This document shows, in pieces, positions 7,531 through 16,490 of a DNA stretch of 64,000 nt (the first letter of the stretch is position 1; each line of letters opens with the position of its first letter). Where the stretch lies: NCBI GenBank assembly GCA_045126575.1, contig JBGVOQ010000006.1, positions 36,498 to 100,497 of the forward strand, written 5' to 3'. The translations under genes were made by a program, and so were the position numbers. Below the pieces are notes generated by a model. The model saw only the letters and a program-made list of their open reading frames with translations. It was not told the DNA's origin and did no database searches. Source of the stretch: Candidatus Onthoplasma sp. Its GTDB lineage: Bacteria > Bacillota > Clostridia > Christensenellales > UBA1242.

Positions 7531-7613
7531 GCGGATGTGGCGAAATTGGCAGACGCGCTAGACTTAGGATCTAGTGGGCGACCGTGGGGGTTCAAGTCCC
7601 TTCATCCGCACCA
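7531..7613 (+). tRNA. tRNA-Leu (anticodon TAG), long variable arm, CCA encoded
   Basis: Acceptor GCGGATG/CATCCGC, anticodon stem CTAGA/TCTAG, loop CTTAGGA, class II variable arm. Confidence 0.95.
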
Positions 7614-7688
7614 AGGGGTATCGCCAAGCGGTAAGGCACAAGACTTTGACTCTTGCACGCGGTAGTTCGAATCTACCTACCCCTGCCA
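7614..7688 (+). tRNA. tRNA-Gln (anticodon TTG), CCA encoded
   Basis: Acceptor AGGGGTA/TACCCCT, anticodon stem CAAGA/TCTTG, loop CTTTGAC. Confidence 0.95.
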
Positions 7689-7690
7689 AG

Positions 7691-7721
7691 AAATCTCTTC
7701 AGTTTTGGAGAGATTTTTTTT
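7691..7721 (+). terminator. Rho-independent terminator of the tRNA operon
   Basis: aaatctct-loop-agagattt followed by a T-run. Confidence 0.8.
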
Positions 7722-7857
7722 GCATATTAAAGGCAAAAGAGATTGATTTATATATGAGTATTTAACAATTACATATTATATAGAAAAAATGTTTGACAAA
7801 GAGTATTTACTTTTGTTAAACTTAGTTAAGTTTAAGTTTTTTGTAAGGGGTAAAATT

Positions 7858-8874
7858 ATGAAACAGGACATACGATTTAATGGCTGGGTGCTAATTTCCG
7901 CCATTTTCCAAGTTATTGCAGGAGCTGCTTGTATAGGCGCTGGCGCAGTGCTTGCCATTATGGGAATTGCCAATGCTAATAAGTTGCTTGGGATTAAAGA
8001 GGTTAATTTCTTTATAAATCAACAAGGGTTGGTTAAGTTGCAAAAAAATTTGTTCGGCAAGCTTTTAATGGAAAAATATCTATTTATGATTATGGGAGCT
8101 ATAATAGCCGTGATTGGTATCATAGCACTGGTTTTTGCAATCATAGAGTTGTTGTATGTTAAAAGATATAAGGTTGTTAATCACCGTGCTGCATTGCTAG
8201 CATTTTCACTTATTCCACTTGCAATTGCAGGATGTGTAGAGGTCTATTTGTTAAAAGAGTATGATGTGTTAAAGTCTGCATTGTATTATATCAAGAATAT
8301 TAGAACGGGCTGCTTTATTATCTGCGGAATTTTCTCTGCATGTGCTATATTAAAGTTGCTTGGTGTGTTATTTAGTAAAAGTGAAGAGTTTGTATCAAAC
8401 GATAATAATAAGTATGCGTTTGAAGGTCCTAAAGCAAGCAGGGCAGCGCAAGGCGCTCAGCCTAGAATGCAAACACGTAACCAAACAAACAATCAAATGC
8501 AAGGTGCAAGGCCTGTAAATAGGCAAAATTCAAATGCAAGACCTGCAAATGTTCAACCAAGACCTGCTAATACTGCAACAAGGCCTATAGGAAGACCTGC
8601 AAATGCTCAAGCAAAGACTGTCAATGTGGCAAGGCCTGGTGTGGGTCCTCAAACTAGACCAGCAGCAAGACCTGGCGCAGCACCAGCGGCAAACGCAGCA
8701 GCATTACCACCACGTCCAGTACAAAATTCCATGTCACCAAGGCAGGTGGGAGCGTCTAATAGTCAGTCACGCAATGTGCGTCCTGCGCAAATTAGACGTT
8801 GTCCAAAATGTGGCAAAGCATTGATGCCAAACGAAACAGTGTGTAGCGTTTGTGGCAAAACTGAAAAGAAATAG
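7858..8874 (+). CDS. Membrane protein with a Pro/Ala/Asn/Arg-rich low-complexity linker and a C-terminal zinc ribbon
   Basis: About 5 hydrophobic segments, repeated ARPAN/RPANxx units, CPKCG...CSVCG at the C-terminus. Start set at the ATG after aagggg. Confidence 0.6.
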   Translation: MKQDIRFNGWVLISAIFQVIAGAACIGAGAVLAIMGIANANKLLGIKEVNFFINQQGLVKLQKNLFGKLLMEKYLFMIMGAIIAVIGIIALVFAIIELLYVKRYKVVNHRAALLAFSLIPLAIAGCVEVYLLKEYDVLKSALYYIKNIRTGCFIICGIFSACAILKLLGVLFSKSEEFVSNDNNKYAFEGPKASRAAQGAQPRMQTRNQTNNQMQGARPVNRQNSNARPANVQPRPANTATRPIGRPANAQAKTVNVARPGVGPQTRPAARPGAAPAANAAALPPRPVQNSMSPRQVGASNSQSRNVRPAQIRRCPKCGKALMPNETVCSVCGKTEKK

Positions 8875-8928
8875 TGATTATAAAAATATCAATTTGATAA
8901 AAAAGAGAATGTAATTAAAAGGGTAATC

Positions 8929-10203
8929 ATGGCTAAATTTTATAAGTTTGATAGCGGTTTAACAGTGCTATATGAACAAAATAGGATAAACAAATCTACA
9001 AGTATTGAAGTATCATTTGATTGTGGTGCTAGGTGTGATGATAAACTACCAGGCCTATCACACTTTTGTGAACATATGTTTTTTACAGGTACCAATACTT
9101 TGACCAAGCAAGATGTTACCAAAAGATATTATGACTTTATCAACGTTAATGCATATACTACTAATACGGAAATTGTTTTTACAGGCAGCATTATCACTAG
9201 CAAACTGCCACAGTATTTAACAACCGTTGCGGATATGATATGCAATAGCACCTTCAAGCAAAAGGCTGTAGATGAAGAGCAAAAAGTGGTTACACAGGAA
9301 ATATTGCAATATTCTGATAATCCTATTAGAACCGCCGAAAGGTTATTTTACTATGATATCTATGGGCAAGATTATTTAAAGGACGGCGTGCTTGGAAGTG
9401 TGGATACTGTAAGTCAAATCAAGTCCAAAGATGTAAAGAAGTATGTAAAGAAATATTTTGTAAAAAACAACTGTATAATTTCGGTGGTTTCGCCGTTGTC
9501 GTTTAATAGGGTAAAGGCTATAGTTAAAAGGTATTTTGAATCGTTACTACCTAGCAATAACCTAACTAAACTACCATATATGGAAAATGTGCTTGTTCAA
9601 GATGAAAGGGTGTCAATATATAATGCAGATATAAGCAAAAACTATTTATCCCTAGTTCTTAAGTTTAATCAAAAAGGTCCAGACCTTAAGTATCGTATAA
9701 TAATGGGAACAATCTGTAATATTATTGATGATATTAGTGATGGTTTAACTAAGGAACTGAGAATTGATAATAGTTTAATTTACGGTATGGGTTCGGACTA
9801 TATGATTAATAAAAAGAATTCATACTTAGAATTGCGAACCGAGATATCTAGCGAAAATATCAAGCCTTGTATAGATATAATAATGGAATACATCAGCAAC
9901 CTTAAGAATAAGGGATTTAGCAAGGAGCAACTATCAAGAGAGTTGGAAAAAGATGAATACTACTGGCAAACCAAGGTTAACAAGCCTAGAAATATATGCA
10001 ATGAGTTAAATAGATATCGTTTTTATGATAGATTTGTTAGCGATAAGCAAATACATAAAGAAATTCAAAAATTAACATTAGAAGAGGTTAATGCAAAGCT
10101 TAATGAAATGTTAACTAATGCCAAAATCCAAGCCTTTGTGTACGGCAATGCCAACAAAAACCAAGTGTATACCATTAAACAAATTAAAAAGAAATTCAAT
10201 TAG
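8929..10203 (+). CDS. M16 (pitrilysin/insulinase) family zinc peptidase
   Basis: Inverted zinc motif HFCEH (HxxEH) in LSHFCEHMFFTGT; 424 aa; two-domain length typical of M16. Confidence 0.85.
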   Translation: MAKFYKFDSGLTVLYEQNRINKSTSIEVSFDCGARCDDKLPGLSHFCEHMFFTGTNTLTKQDVTKRYYDFINVNAYTTNTEIVFTGSIITSKLPQYLTTVADMICNSTFKQKAVDEEQKVVTQEILQYSDNPIRTAERLFYYDIYGQDYLKDGVLGSVDTVSQIKSKDVKKYVKKYFVKNNCIISVVSPLSFNRVKAIVKRYFESLLPSNNLTKLPYMENVLVQDERVSIYNADISKNYLSLVLKFNQKGPDLKYRIIMGTICNIIDDISDGLTKELRIDNSLIYGMGSDYMINKKNSYLELRTEISSENIKPCIDIIMEYISNLKNKGFSKEQLSRELEKDEYYWQTKVNKPRNICNELNRYRFYDRFVSDKQIHKEIQKLTLEEVNAKLNEMLTNAKIQAFVYGNANKNQVYTIKQIKKKFN

Positions 10204-10212
10204 GAGAAAATA

Positions 10213-10800
10213 ATGAAAGATAAGGATTTGAAATTATTAATCAGTCATTATAAAGATTGTCTTGGAGATATTGAACTAATAGAATACAATCCAATCAAAA
10301 AAAGGAAGTTTAATCCTCAACTTATTTTGTCACGTGCCAATAAATTGCATGACTACAATGTGGTTGCAACAGTTGGTTTAAGCGATACAAAACTAAAGGG
10401 TTTATATAATAACTGTGAGTTGGCAATAGTTTTGGACAAAAAGTGGAAATTTAATTTGGATAACATTAAATGGAGTTGGCCTTTTGAATTGATTAACTTT
10501 GTTTGCAATCAAATTGTGGCTAAAAAACCTGAAATAGGGTACGGTAAGTACTTTGAAAATGAAAAAAAACAAACATTTTCACCAACTACTAATATGAGTG
10601 TGGCACTGCTTGCTATACCTGCAATGTTTGATGTGAAGCTTTTTGAGTTTTGGAATGGTAAAAAGAGGACAAATGTATTTATCATAACCACGGCAACCAA
10701 TGATGAATTAAAGATTATTAAAAAGATAGGCGGTATTAATTTTATGCAACACTATCTAATGCCTGATGGTGCGGACGCATTTATGTTCCATAGTAAATAA
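10213..10800 (+). CDS. Hypothetical protein, possibly SUFU-like domain
   Basis: Weak resemblance by eye (VVATVGLSD ... ELAIVLDKKW ... W.FELINFV). Tightly linked downstream of the M16 gene. Confidence 0.4.
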   Translation: MKDKDLKLLISHYKDCLGDIELIEYNPIKKRKFNPQLILSRANKLHDYNVVATVGLSDTKLKGLYNNCELAIVLDKKWKFNLDNIKWSWPFELINFVCNQIVAKKPEIGYGKYFENEKKQTFSPTTNMSVALLAIPAMFDVKLFEFWNGKKRTNVFIITTATNDELKIIKKIGGINFMQHYLMPDGADAFMFHSK

Positions 10801-10865
10801 CCATTAGCATCTATTAAGCAACATCAAGAGATGTCGAAATATCACTAAAAATAATATGTTTAAGG

Positions 10866-10899
10866 CTAAATTACAAAAAATACTTGTAATTTAGTTTTT
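10866..10899 (+). terminator. Rho-independent terminator
   Basis: ctaaattacaa-loop-ttgtaatttag + TTTTT. Confidence 0.7.
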
Positions 10900-11108
10900 G
10901 TTATGATATACTAATGTTAGTAAGTTATTTTTTTATTCAATATATTTAATAAGGGCGTGATAGATGTATTGTGCCCTAAGTGTTATTGGCTTAACTGCAA
11001 GGATTGTTTTTTTGTGGGTAGAATTAAGCCGTGTTTATTATAAATAATTACTAAACGTCATAGTGTATGGCGATAAAAATATTAAAAGTTTATTAAAAGG
11101 AAAAATTT

Positions 11109-13061
11109 ATGGAACAATATGAAAAATTATTAACAAGTGAGGAGTTTGACTCATCACTACAAATGGAAGACCTAAATGTGTCTATTCAAAAGGCTAACCG
11201 AACTGGTGCACACAAATCTAGCGTACGCCCAAAGGGTAAGGTGGCGGGTGCTACAGGTAAAAGTGGTTTAAAAGATGGTGCAAAAAAGGTTAAAGCAAGC
11301 AAGCCTAACACCGAAAAGGCTAAAAAATCCAGCCCAAAATCAAATGCAAAACAATCTGCAGATGCAAATGCTGAAGTGTTGCAAATTCCATCACGCAAGG
11401 GCAAGAAAAACAATTTAAAAGTTATGTTCCTTGGCGGTATTGGCGAAGTGGGTAAGAATATGACCGTGTTTGAGTACGGCAATGACATACTGATTGTGGA
11501 TAGTGGTGTAATGTTCCCAGATGATAGCATGCTTGGTATTGACCTTGTAGTGCCAGATATCACATATCTACTTGAAAATAAGGATAAAATTCGTGGTATG
11601 GTTATTACTCACGGCCACGAAGACCATATTGGCGGTTTGCCATACGTGCTAAACGACATCAAAACACCAATTTATGCCAGCGCATTAACTTGCGGACTTA
11701 TCCAAAAGAAGATGGACGAATTTAGAAAAATTTCGTACAAAACTCAAGTGGTTCGTCCACGACAAAAGGTTAAAATTGGTTGCTTTGAAGTTGAATTTAT
11801 TGGCGTAAACCACTCAATTGCAGGTAGTTTTGGCCTTGCAATTAAAACACCTGTAGGTATTGTAATGCATTCAGGTGACTTTAAGGTGGATTTAACTCCA
11901 GTACATGGCGAACGTATCGATTTCCACCGCTTTGCCGAATACGGTAATAAGGGTGTATTGCTATATATGGCAGACTCTACCAATGCAGAACGTGCAGGTT
12001 ATTCGCTAAGCGAAAAGGCGGTTAGTAACACGTTTGAGGAATTGTTTGACGAGCACAATAAGGAGCGTATTATTATTGCTACATTTGCCTCTAACGTTCA
12101 CCGTTTGCAGGAAATTATGAATATTGCCGAGCGTCACGGTCGTAAAATCACATTTACCGGTCGTAGTATGGTAAACGTTACTGATGTTGCTACCAAGGTC
12201 GGCGAAATGAAGGTAAACAAATCTAATATTGTTGATATCGACAAACTTAGCAACTTCCGTGATGATGAATTATGTATTATTTCAACAGGTAGCCAAGGCG
12301 AGCCTATGAGCGCATTATCTCGTATGGCAAATGGCGAATTTAAGGGCTTGGAAATTGGTAACAACGATTGTATCATCTTCTCAAGCAGCCCAATTCCTGG
12401 CAACGAAAAAATGGTTAACAATGTTATTAACAAACTTATAACGTTAGGTGCTAGAGTTATATATAATCAATTGGAGCAAGTGCACGCTTCTGGTCACGCT
12501 TGTAAGGAAGAGTTAAAGATGATGTTTGCACTTGTTAAACCTAAATACTTTATTCCAGTGCATGGTGAGCAAAAGCACTTAATGGCGCATGCTAGCATTG
12601 CCGAAAGTATGGGTATTGACCGCCATAACGTGTTAATGCCTCAACTAGGTATGAAAGTGGAAGTTAACGAGCGTACACTTAAGGCTAATGGATTTGTTCC
12701 ATTTGGTAGCCGACTAATTGATGGTGCTGGCGTTGGCGAGATGGAAAGCAATGTATTAAAGGAACGTAAGCAATTATCGGAAGATGGTTTGTGCGTGGTT
12801 ATTGTAAATATCAATCCAAACCTTGGCAAGTTTGCTTCTCGTCCTGAAATTGTCTCACGTGGATTTACCTATATGGGCGAAGCTCAATCATGGCTAGAAG
12901 ATGCTAAAAATGTGGTAATCGATTCAGCCGAGGATATTGACCTAAAGGCTCGTGAATATGTTGCATTAAAGCAAAGCATTCGTAAGCATCTAACTAATTT
13001 CTTAAACAAAAAGTTGAAACGTAAACCTATGATTATACCTATTATTGTGGAGAGCAATTAA
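11109..13061 (+). CDS. rnj: Ribonuclease J (beta-CASP metallo-beta-lactamase) with a Lys/Ala-rich N-terminal extension of about 100 aa
   Basis: LGGIGEVGKNM, HGHEDHIGG, beta-CASP and C-terminal domains. The extension is KGKVAGATGKSGLKDGAKKVKASKPN... Confidence 0.9.
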   Translation: MEQYEKLLTSEEFDSSLQMEDLNVSIQKANRTGAHKSSVRPKGKVAGATGKSGLKDGAKKVKASKPNTEKAKKSSPKSNAKQSADANAEVLQIPSRKGKKNNLKVMFLGGIGEVGKNMTVFEYGNDILIVDSGVMFPDDSMLGIDLVVPDITYLLENKDKIRGMVITHGHEDHIGGLPYVLNDIKTPIYASALTCGLIQKKMDEFRKISYKTQVVRPRQKVKIGCFEVEFIGVNHSIAGSFGLAIKTPVGIVMHSGDFKVDLTPVHGERIDFHRFAEYGNKGVLLYMADSTNAERAGYSLSEKAVSNTFEELFDEHNKERIIIATFASNVHRLQEIMNIAERHGRKITFTGRSMVNVTDVATKVGEMKVNKSNIVDIDKLSNFRDDELCIISTGSQGEPMSALSRMANGEFKGLEIGNNDCIIFSSSPIPGNEKMVNNVINKLITLGARVIYNQLEQVHASGHACKEELKMMFALVKPKYFIPVHGEQKHLMAHASIAESMGIDRHNVLMPQLGMKVEVNERTLKANGFVPFGSRLIDGAGVGEMESNVLKERKQLSEDGLCVVIVNINPNLGKFASRPEIVSRGFTYMGEAQSWLEDAKNVVIDSAEDIDLKAREYVALKQSIRKHLTNFLNKKLKRKPMIIPIIVESN

Positions 13062-13645
13062 TGAATTTTACCGCTATAAAACTGTATGCTGAAAAAAACA
13101 ATGTGCCTATTACCAAAGATGATACTATGCAATTTATTGTTGACTATATCAACAAAAACAACGTGCAAGACATTCTTGAAATAGGCACTGCAATCGCATA
13201 TGGTAGTATCAATATGGCTATGTGTGACAGTGTTAAAAGTGTTACAACGCTTGAAATTGATACAACCAATTATCGTGAGGCGCTTAGCAACATTGCCAAA
13301 CATAATTTGTTGGACAAAATTGACGCCAAACTGATTGATGCTAAAATTTATATAGATAGTTGTGACAAAAAATTTGACCTAATCTACCTAGATGGGCCTA
13401 AAGGTCAATATATCAATTATTTACCAAAACTTCTGCAAATGTTAAATCCTAATGGTGCAATTATTGCCGATAATATATTTTTTCATGGTATGGCAACGGG
13501 TAAAATTCCTACACCAGCATCATGTAGAAGTATGGTAAACGGCCTTAGACTTTACGTAGACGAAGTTACACACAATCCCAACCTAGAATCTCATATATAT
13601 CAAATGGGCGATGGAATCTGTGTAACAAAACTTAAAACAAATTAA
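13061..13645 (+). CDS. Class I SAM-dependent O-methyltransferase (YrrM/TrmR-like)
   Basis: ILEIGTAIAYGS (motif I), DLIYLDGPKGQY. Its start overlaps the rnj stop, and a U32 gene follows, as in the B. subtilis yrrM-yrrNO arrangement. Confidence 0.75.
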   Translation: MNFTAIKLYAEKNNVPITKDDTMQFIVDYINKNNVQDILEIGTAIAYGSINMAMCDSVKSVTTLEIDTTNYREALSNIAKHNLLDKIDAKLIDAKIYIDSCDKKFDLIYLDGPKGQYINYLPKLLQMLNPNGAIIADNIFFHGMATGKIPTPASCRSMVNGLRLYVDEVTHNPNLESHIYQMGDGICVTKLKTN

Positions 13646-13707
13646 AACATTTAACGTATTGTGGCGGATTTACTAATAAGTGGTCAGTGTCGCAAAAGGA
13701 GAAAATT

Positions 13708-14913
13708 ATGGAATTATTAGCCCCTGTGGGAAATATTGATAAATTAAAACTTGCAATCCATTACGGTGCAGATGCGGTGTATCTTGCCTCTAAGCGCTTT
13801 GGGTTGCGTACTTTTGCCGGCAATTTTGAGATTGACCAACTTAAATGGGCGGTAGATTTTGTACATAATGCTGGTAAAAAAATATATATTACAATCAATA
13901 TTATTCCGCATGATAGCGATTTTGATGGTCTTGATGAGTATATTAAAACATTGGATAACCTTGGAGTTGATGCTGTTATTGTAGCGGATTTGGGCGTTAT
14001 GCAGGTGGTTAAACGTGTTGCGCCAAATCTAGATATCCATATTTCAACACAAGCCAATGTTACCAATAGTGAAACAGCCAAACTTTATGCTAGCCTTGGC
14101 GCTAAACGTATAATCTTGGCACGTGAACTTAGCCTTGAGGAAATTAAAACAATTCGTGCCGAACTTCCTAGTGAAATCGAACTAGAATGTTTTGGTCACG
14201 GAGCAATGTGTATTAGTTATTCTGGTAGATGTTTGCTTTCAAATTTTATGACCGGTAGGGACGCCAATCGTGGTGCGTGCGTGCAAGCGTGTCGCTGGAA
14301 TTATACAATCCGTGAAACCAACAAAACAGAAGAATTTCCTATCGAGGAGGATAGCAAGGGTACATATATACTAAACAGTCACGATATGTGTATGATAAAA
14401 TATCTTGACCAACTTCGTGACGCTGGCATTGCTAGTATTAAAGTTGAAGGCCGTATGAAGAGTGAGTATTACGTAGCCAATATTATCAATGCTTACCGAA
14501 AGGCGTTGGACTATATGTATAGTCACGATACTTATGATTTGCCTGATGAGATTGCTAATGAGGTTAACAAGTCAAGTCATCGAACATATAGTACAGGATT
14601 TTTCTTTGGTAATGCTAAACAAAATTTGGAAACGTCTATGCCAGAAGCAGATTATGACTTTGTGGCAATAGTGTTAGAGGATAGTAAGGATGGCAAGGCG
14701 TTAGTTGAAATGCGCAACAGATTTTTAGTAAATTCATCCTTTGAAAAGTTGTCTAAATTTGAAAATAATGATATAATTAATATAAGTAAAATCGAAACCG
14801 AAGATGGTGAGATTATAGATGATGTAAAGGTGGTTCAACAAAAGGTGTATGTGTACACCGATAAACCTTTGCACAAGTATGATATTTTACGAAGAAAAAA
14901 GAATAAAGATTAA
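13708..14913 (+). CDS. Peptidase U32 family protein (YrrO/TrhP-like, tRNA U34 hydroxylation-associated)
   Basis: MELLAPVGN..AIHYGADAVYL, conserved Cys cluster CxxxxxxC..CRW. Start set at the ATG after aaaggag. Confidence 0.85.
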   Translation: MELLAPVGNIDKLKLAIHYGADAVYLASKRFGLRTFAGNFEIDQLKWAVDFVHNAGKKIYITINIIPHDSDFDGLDEYIKTLDNLGVDAVIVADLGVMQVVKRVAPNLDIHISTQANVTNSETAKLYASLGAKRIILARELSLEEIKTIRAELPSEIELECFGHGAMCISYSGRCLLSNFMTGRDANRGACVQACRWNYTIRETNKTEEFPIEEDSKGTYILNSHDMCMIKYLDQLRDAGIASIKVEGRMKSEYYVANIINAYRKALDYMYSHDTYDLPDEIANEVNKSSHRTYSTGFFFGNAKQNLETSMPEADYDFVAIVLEDSKDGKALVEMRNRFLVNSSFEKLSKFENNDIINISKIETEDGEIIDDVKVVQQKVYVYTDKPLHKYDILRRKKNKD

Positions 14914-14986
14914 GATATAAATGAGAACGGTTTCGCCTTATGAAAATATTGCGTAAACTATCACATGGAAAGATAAAAGGAAAAAG

Positions 14987-15904
14987 ATGCAACAAAAGTC
15001 GCTAATAGTAATCTACAATCCTAATGCACGTAAAGGCAAAATTAAACAGGTTATGCCTTATATTTTGTCACGCCTTTCTACCAAATTTTCGCCATGTGAT
15101 GCCGTGCAAACTAAAAGCGCGGAAGATATGATAGATTTGGCTAAAAAAAATGCGGAAAAATATGATTATATTGTAGTTGCTGGCGGTGATGGTAGTATAC
15201 ATAATGTAGTTAATGGAGTTAAGCAAAGTAAGGGTAGGCCAAAACTTGGATTTTTACCATACGGCACAGTTAATGATGTATGTAAAACGCTTAATATACC
15301 AAAAAACTTGGATAAGGCAATTGACGTAATACTTCGTGGTCAAACAATTAAATATGATATAATGCAGGAAAATGATAACTATATGGTTTATACTTTTGCT
15401 GGTGGAATGTTTGTAAGTACTAGTTTTCAAACCAGCACTGGCATGAAACGTGCTTTAGGCAAACTTGCATATTTTATTACAGGTGCTAAACAATTGTTTA
15501 GCATGCGCACACTACCGCTAACAGTGGAGATTGATGGTGAGCGTCATCATGGTAGATATATTATTGCAATGATACTTAACAGTGCGTCTGCTGCCGGGTT
15601 TAAAATTAACAAGGATAGGGACATTGATGATGGGCTAATTGATGTTGTTTTGGTAGAAAAAAAGCGAAGTTTTATTGTCGCATTATTCACGTTATTAAAA
15701 ATGTTTTTGTTTGGATTAAATAGTATCAAAAAACAAAAAAATGTTGTGGTTCAAAAATGTAAAACAGTTAAGATTCAAAACCATTCTAACGAGCCATTTA
15801 CTCAAGATGGAGAGGAATCAAGATTCCTAACTAAGGAAATTAATATAACTAGCCCTATCACCGTTTTATATGGTAATAATGGTAAAAAACCTAAAAAGAT
15901 TTAA
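14987..15904 (+). CDS. Diacylglycerol/lipid kinase family protein (YegS/BmrU/DagK-like)
   Basis: NPNARKG, VAGGDGSIHNVVNG, GTVNDV. Confidence 0.85.
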   Translation: MQQKSLIVIYNPNARKGKIKQVMPYILSRLSTKFSPCDAVQTKSAEDMIDLAKKNAEKYDYIVVAGGDGSIHNVVNGVKQSKGRPKLGFLPYGTVNDVCKTLNIPKNLDKAIDVILRGQTIKYDIMQENDNYMVYTFAGGMFVSTSFQTSTGMKRALGKLAYFITGAKQLFSMRTLPLTVEIDGERHHGRYIIAMILNSASAAGFKINKDRDIDDGLIDVVLVEKKRSFIVALFTLLKMFLFGLNSIKKQKNVVVQKCKTVKIQNHSNEPFTQDGEESRFLTKEINITSPITVLYGNNGKKPKKI

Positions 15905-16014
15905 TATTAAAAAACATTAAAAATAATTAAAAAATAAAATAATATATCAAATAATAAAATTGATTAAAAATACTTAATTTAAGCACAAAAACACAAAATT
16001 GATAAAATTATTTT

Positions 16015-16048
16015 AAATAAACACGATAATTAATTGTGTTTATTTTTT
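16015..16048 (+). terminator. Rho-independent terminator
   Basis: aaataaacac-loop-gtgtttattt + T-run. Confidence 0.7.
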
Positions 16049-16206
16049 GTAATATTTATAATTTTTATTATTTTTTACTACAATTTGTTATCTATTTTTA
16101 GTGTTCTTTTATTGCAATTTATTAATTGTTTATTGATTAATGCCTGTTTTAATAAAGTTGATTGCCAACTAAATTTTTATTAATTATTTTTATATGACTA
16201 AAATTT

Positions 16207-16490
16207 CTTTTGACAAAGGTTTAACATATATGTTAAAATAGTGATGAAATTAGTAATGAATGACATAATATTTTGCAACTAAATCAAAATAATACAAAGG
16301 GGAAAAACAGATGAAGGCAAAAAAGATTGTAATAAGTTTGGGTATAGCACTAACTGCTGCTTTGGCGGTAATTGTAGGTGTGCTTATGTTTAACCAAGGT
16401 GGCAAAACTGAGCCGCAAATTTTTGCGCAACCGCATAACCAAGGATTGGTAGCAGAGGAGTTTAAACCAACCACATATTATTTTGATGAA
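16207..16490 (+). repeat. Conserved block shared with 43957-44240 (promoter, 5' UTR, first codons of the LRR paralogs)
   Basis: By-eye alignment finds an identical run of about 62 nt in the 5' UTR (one A-run indel). A second near-identical run covers ...caaatttttgcgcaaccgcataaccaaggattggt.gcagaggagtttaaaccaaccacatattattttgatga. Confidence 0.85.
16210..16239 (+). promoter_or_regulatory. Sigma-A promoter TTGACA-18-(TGt)TAAAAT with an embedded perfect 18-bp palindrome TTTAACATATATGTTAAA (16220-16237)
   Basis: Read directly from the sequence. An identical copy lies at 43960-43989. Confidence 0.65.

Noticed and set aside
7214-7765. Track ORFs 7214-7426 (-) and 7574-7765 (+)
   Set aside because: They overlap the tRNA-like element and the tRNA-Leu/Gln genes, so they are not coding.
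8603-8824. Alternate-frame 73-aa ORF inside the zinc-ribbon membrane protein gene
   Set aside because: It lies in the low-complexity region of a longer ORF and has no independent signals.
16250-16474. Antisense 74-aa ORF that is conserved with the antisense ORF at 44029-44223 (MVGLNSSATNPWLCGCAKICGSVLPP...)
   Set aside because: Its conservation is fully explained by the near-identical sense-strand promoter, UTR and N-terminal coding block of the LRR paralogs. It has no SD or promoter of its own.
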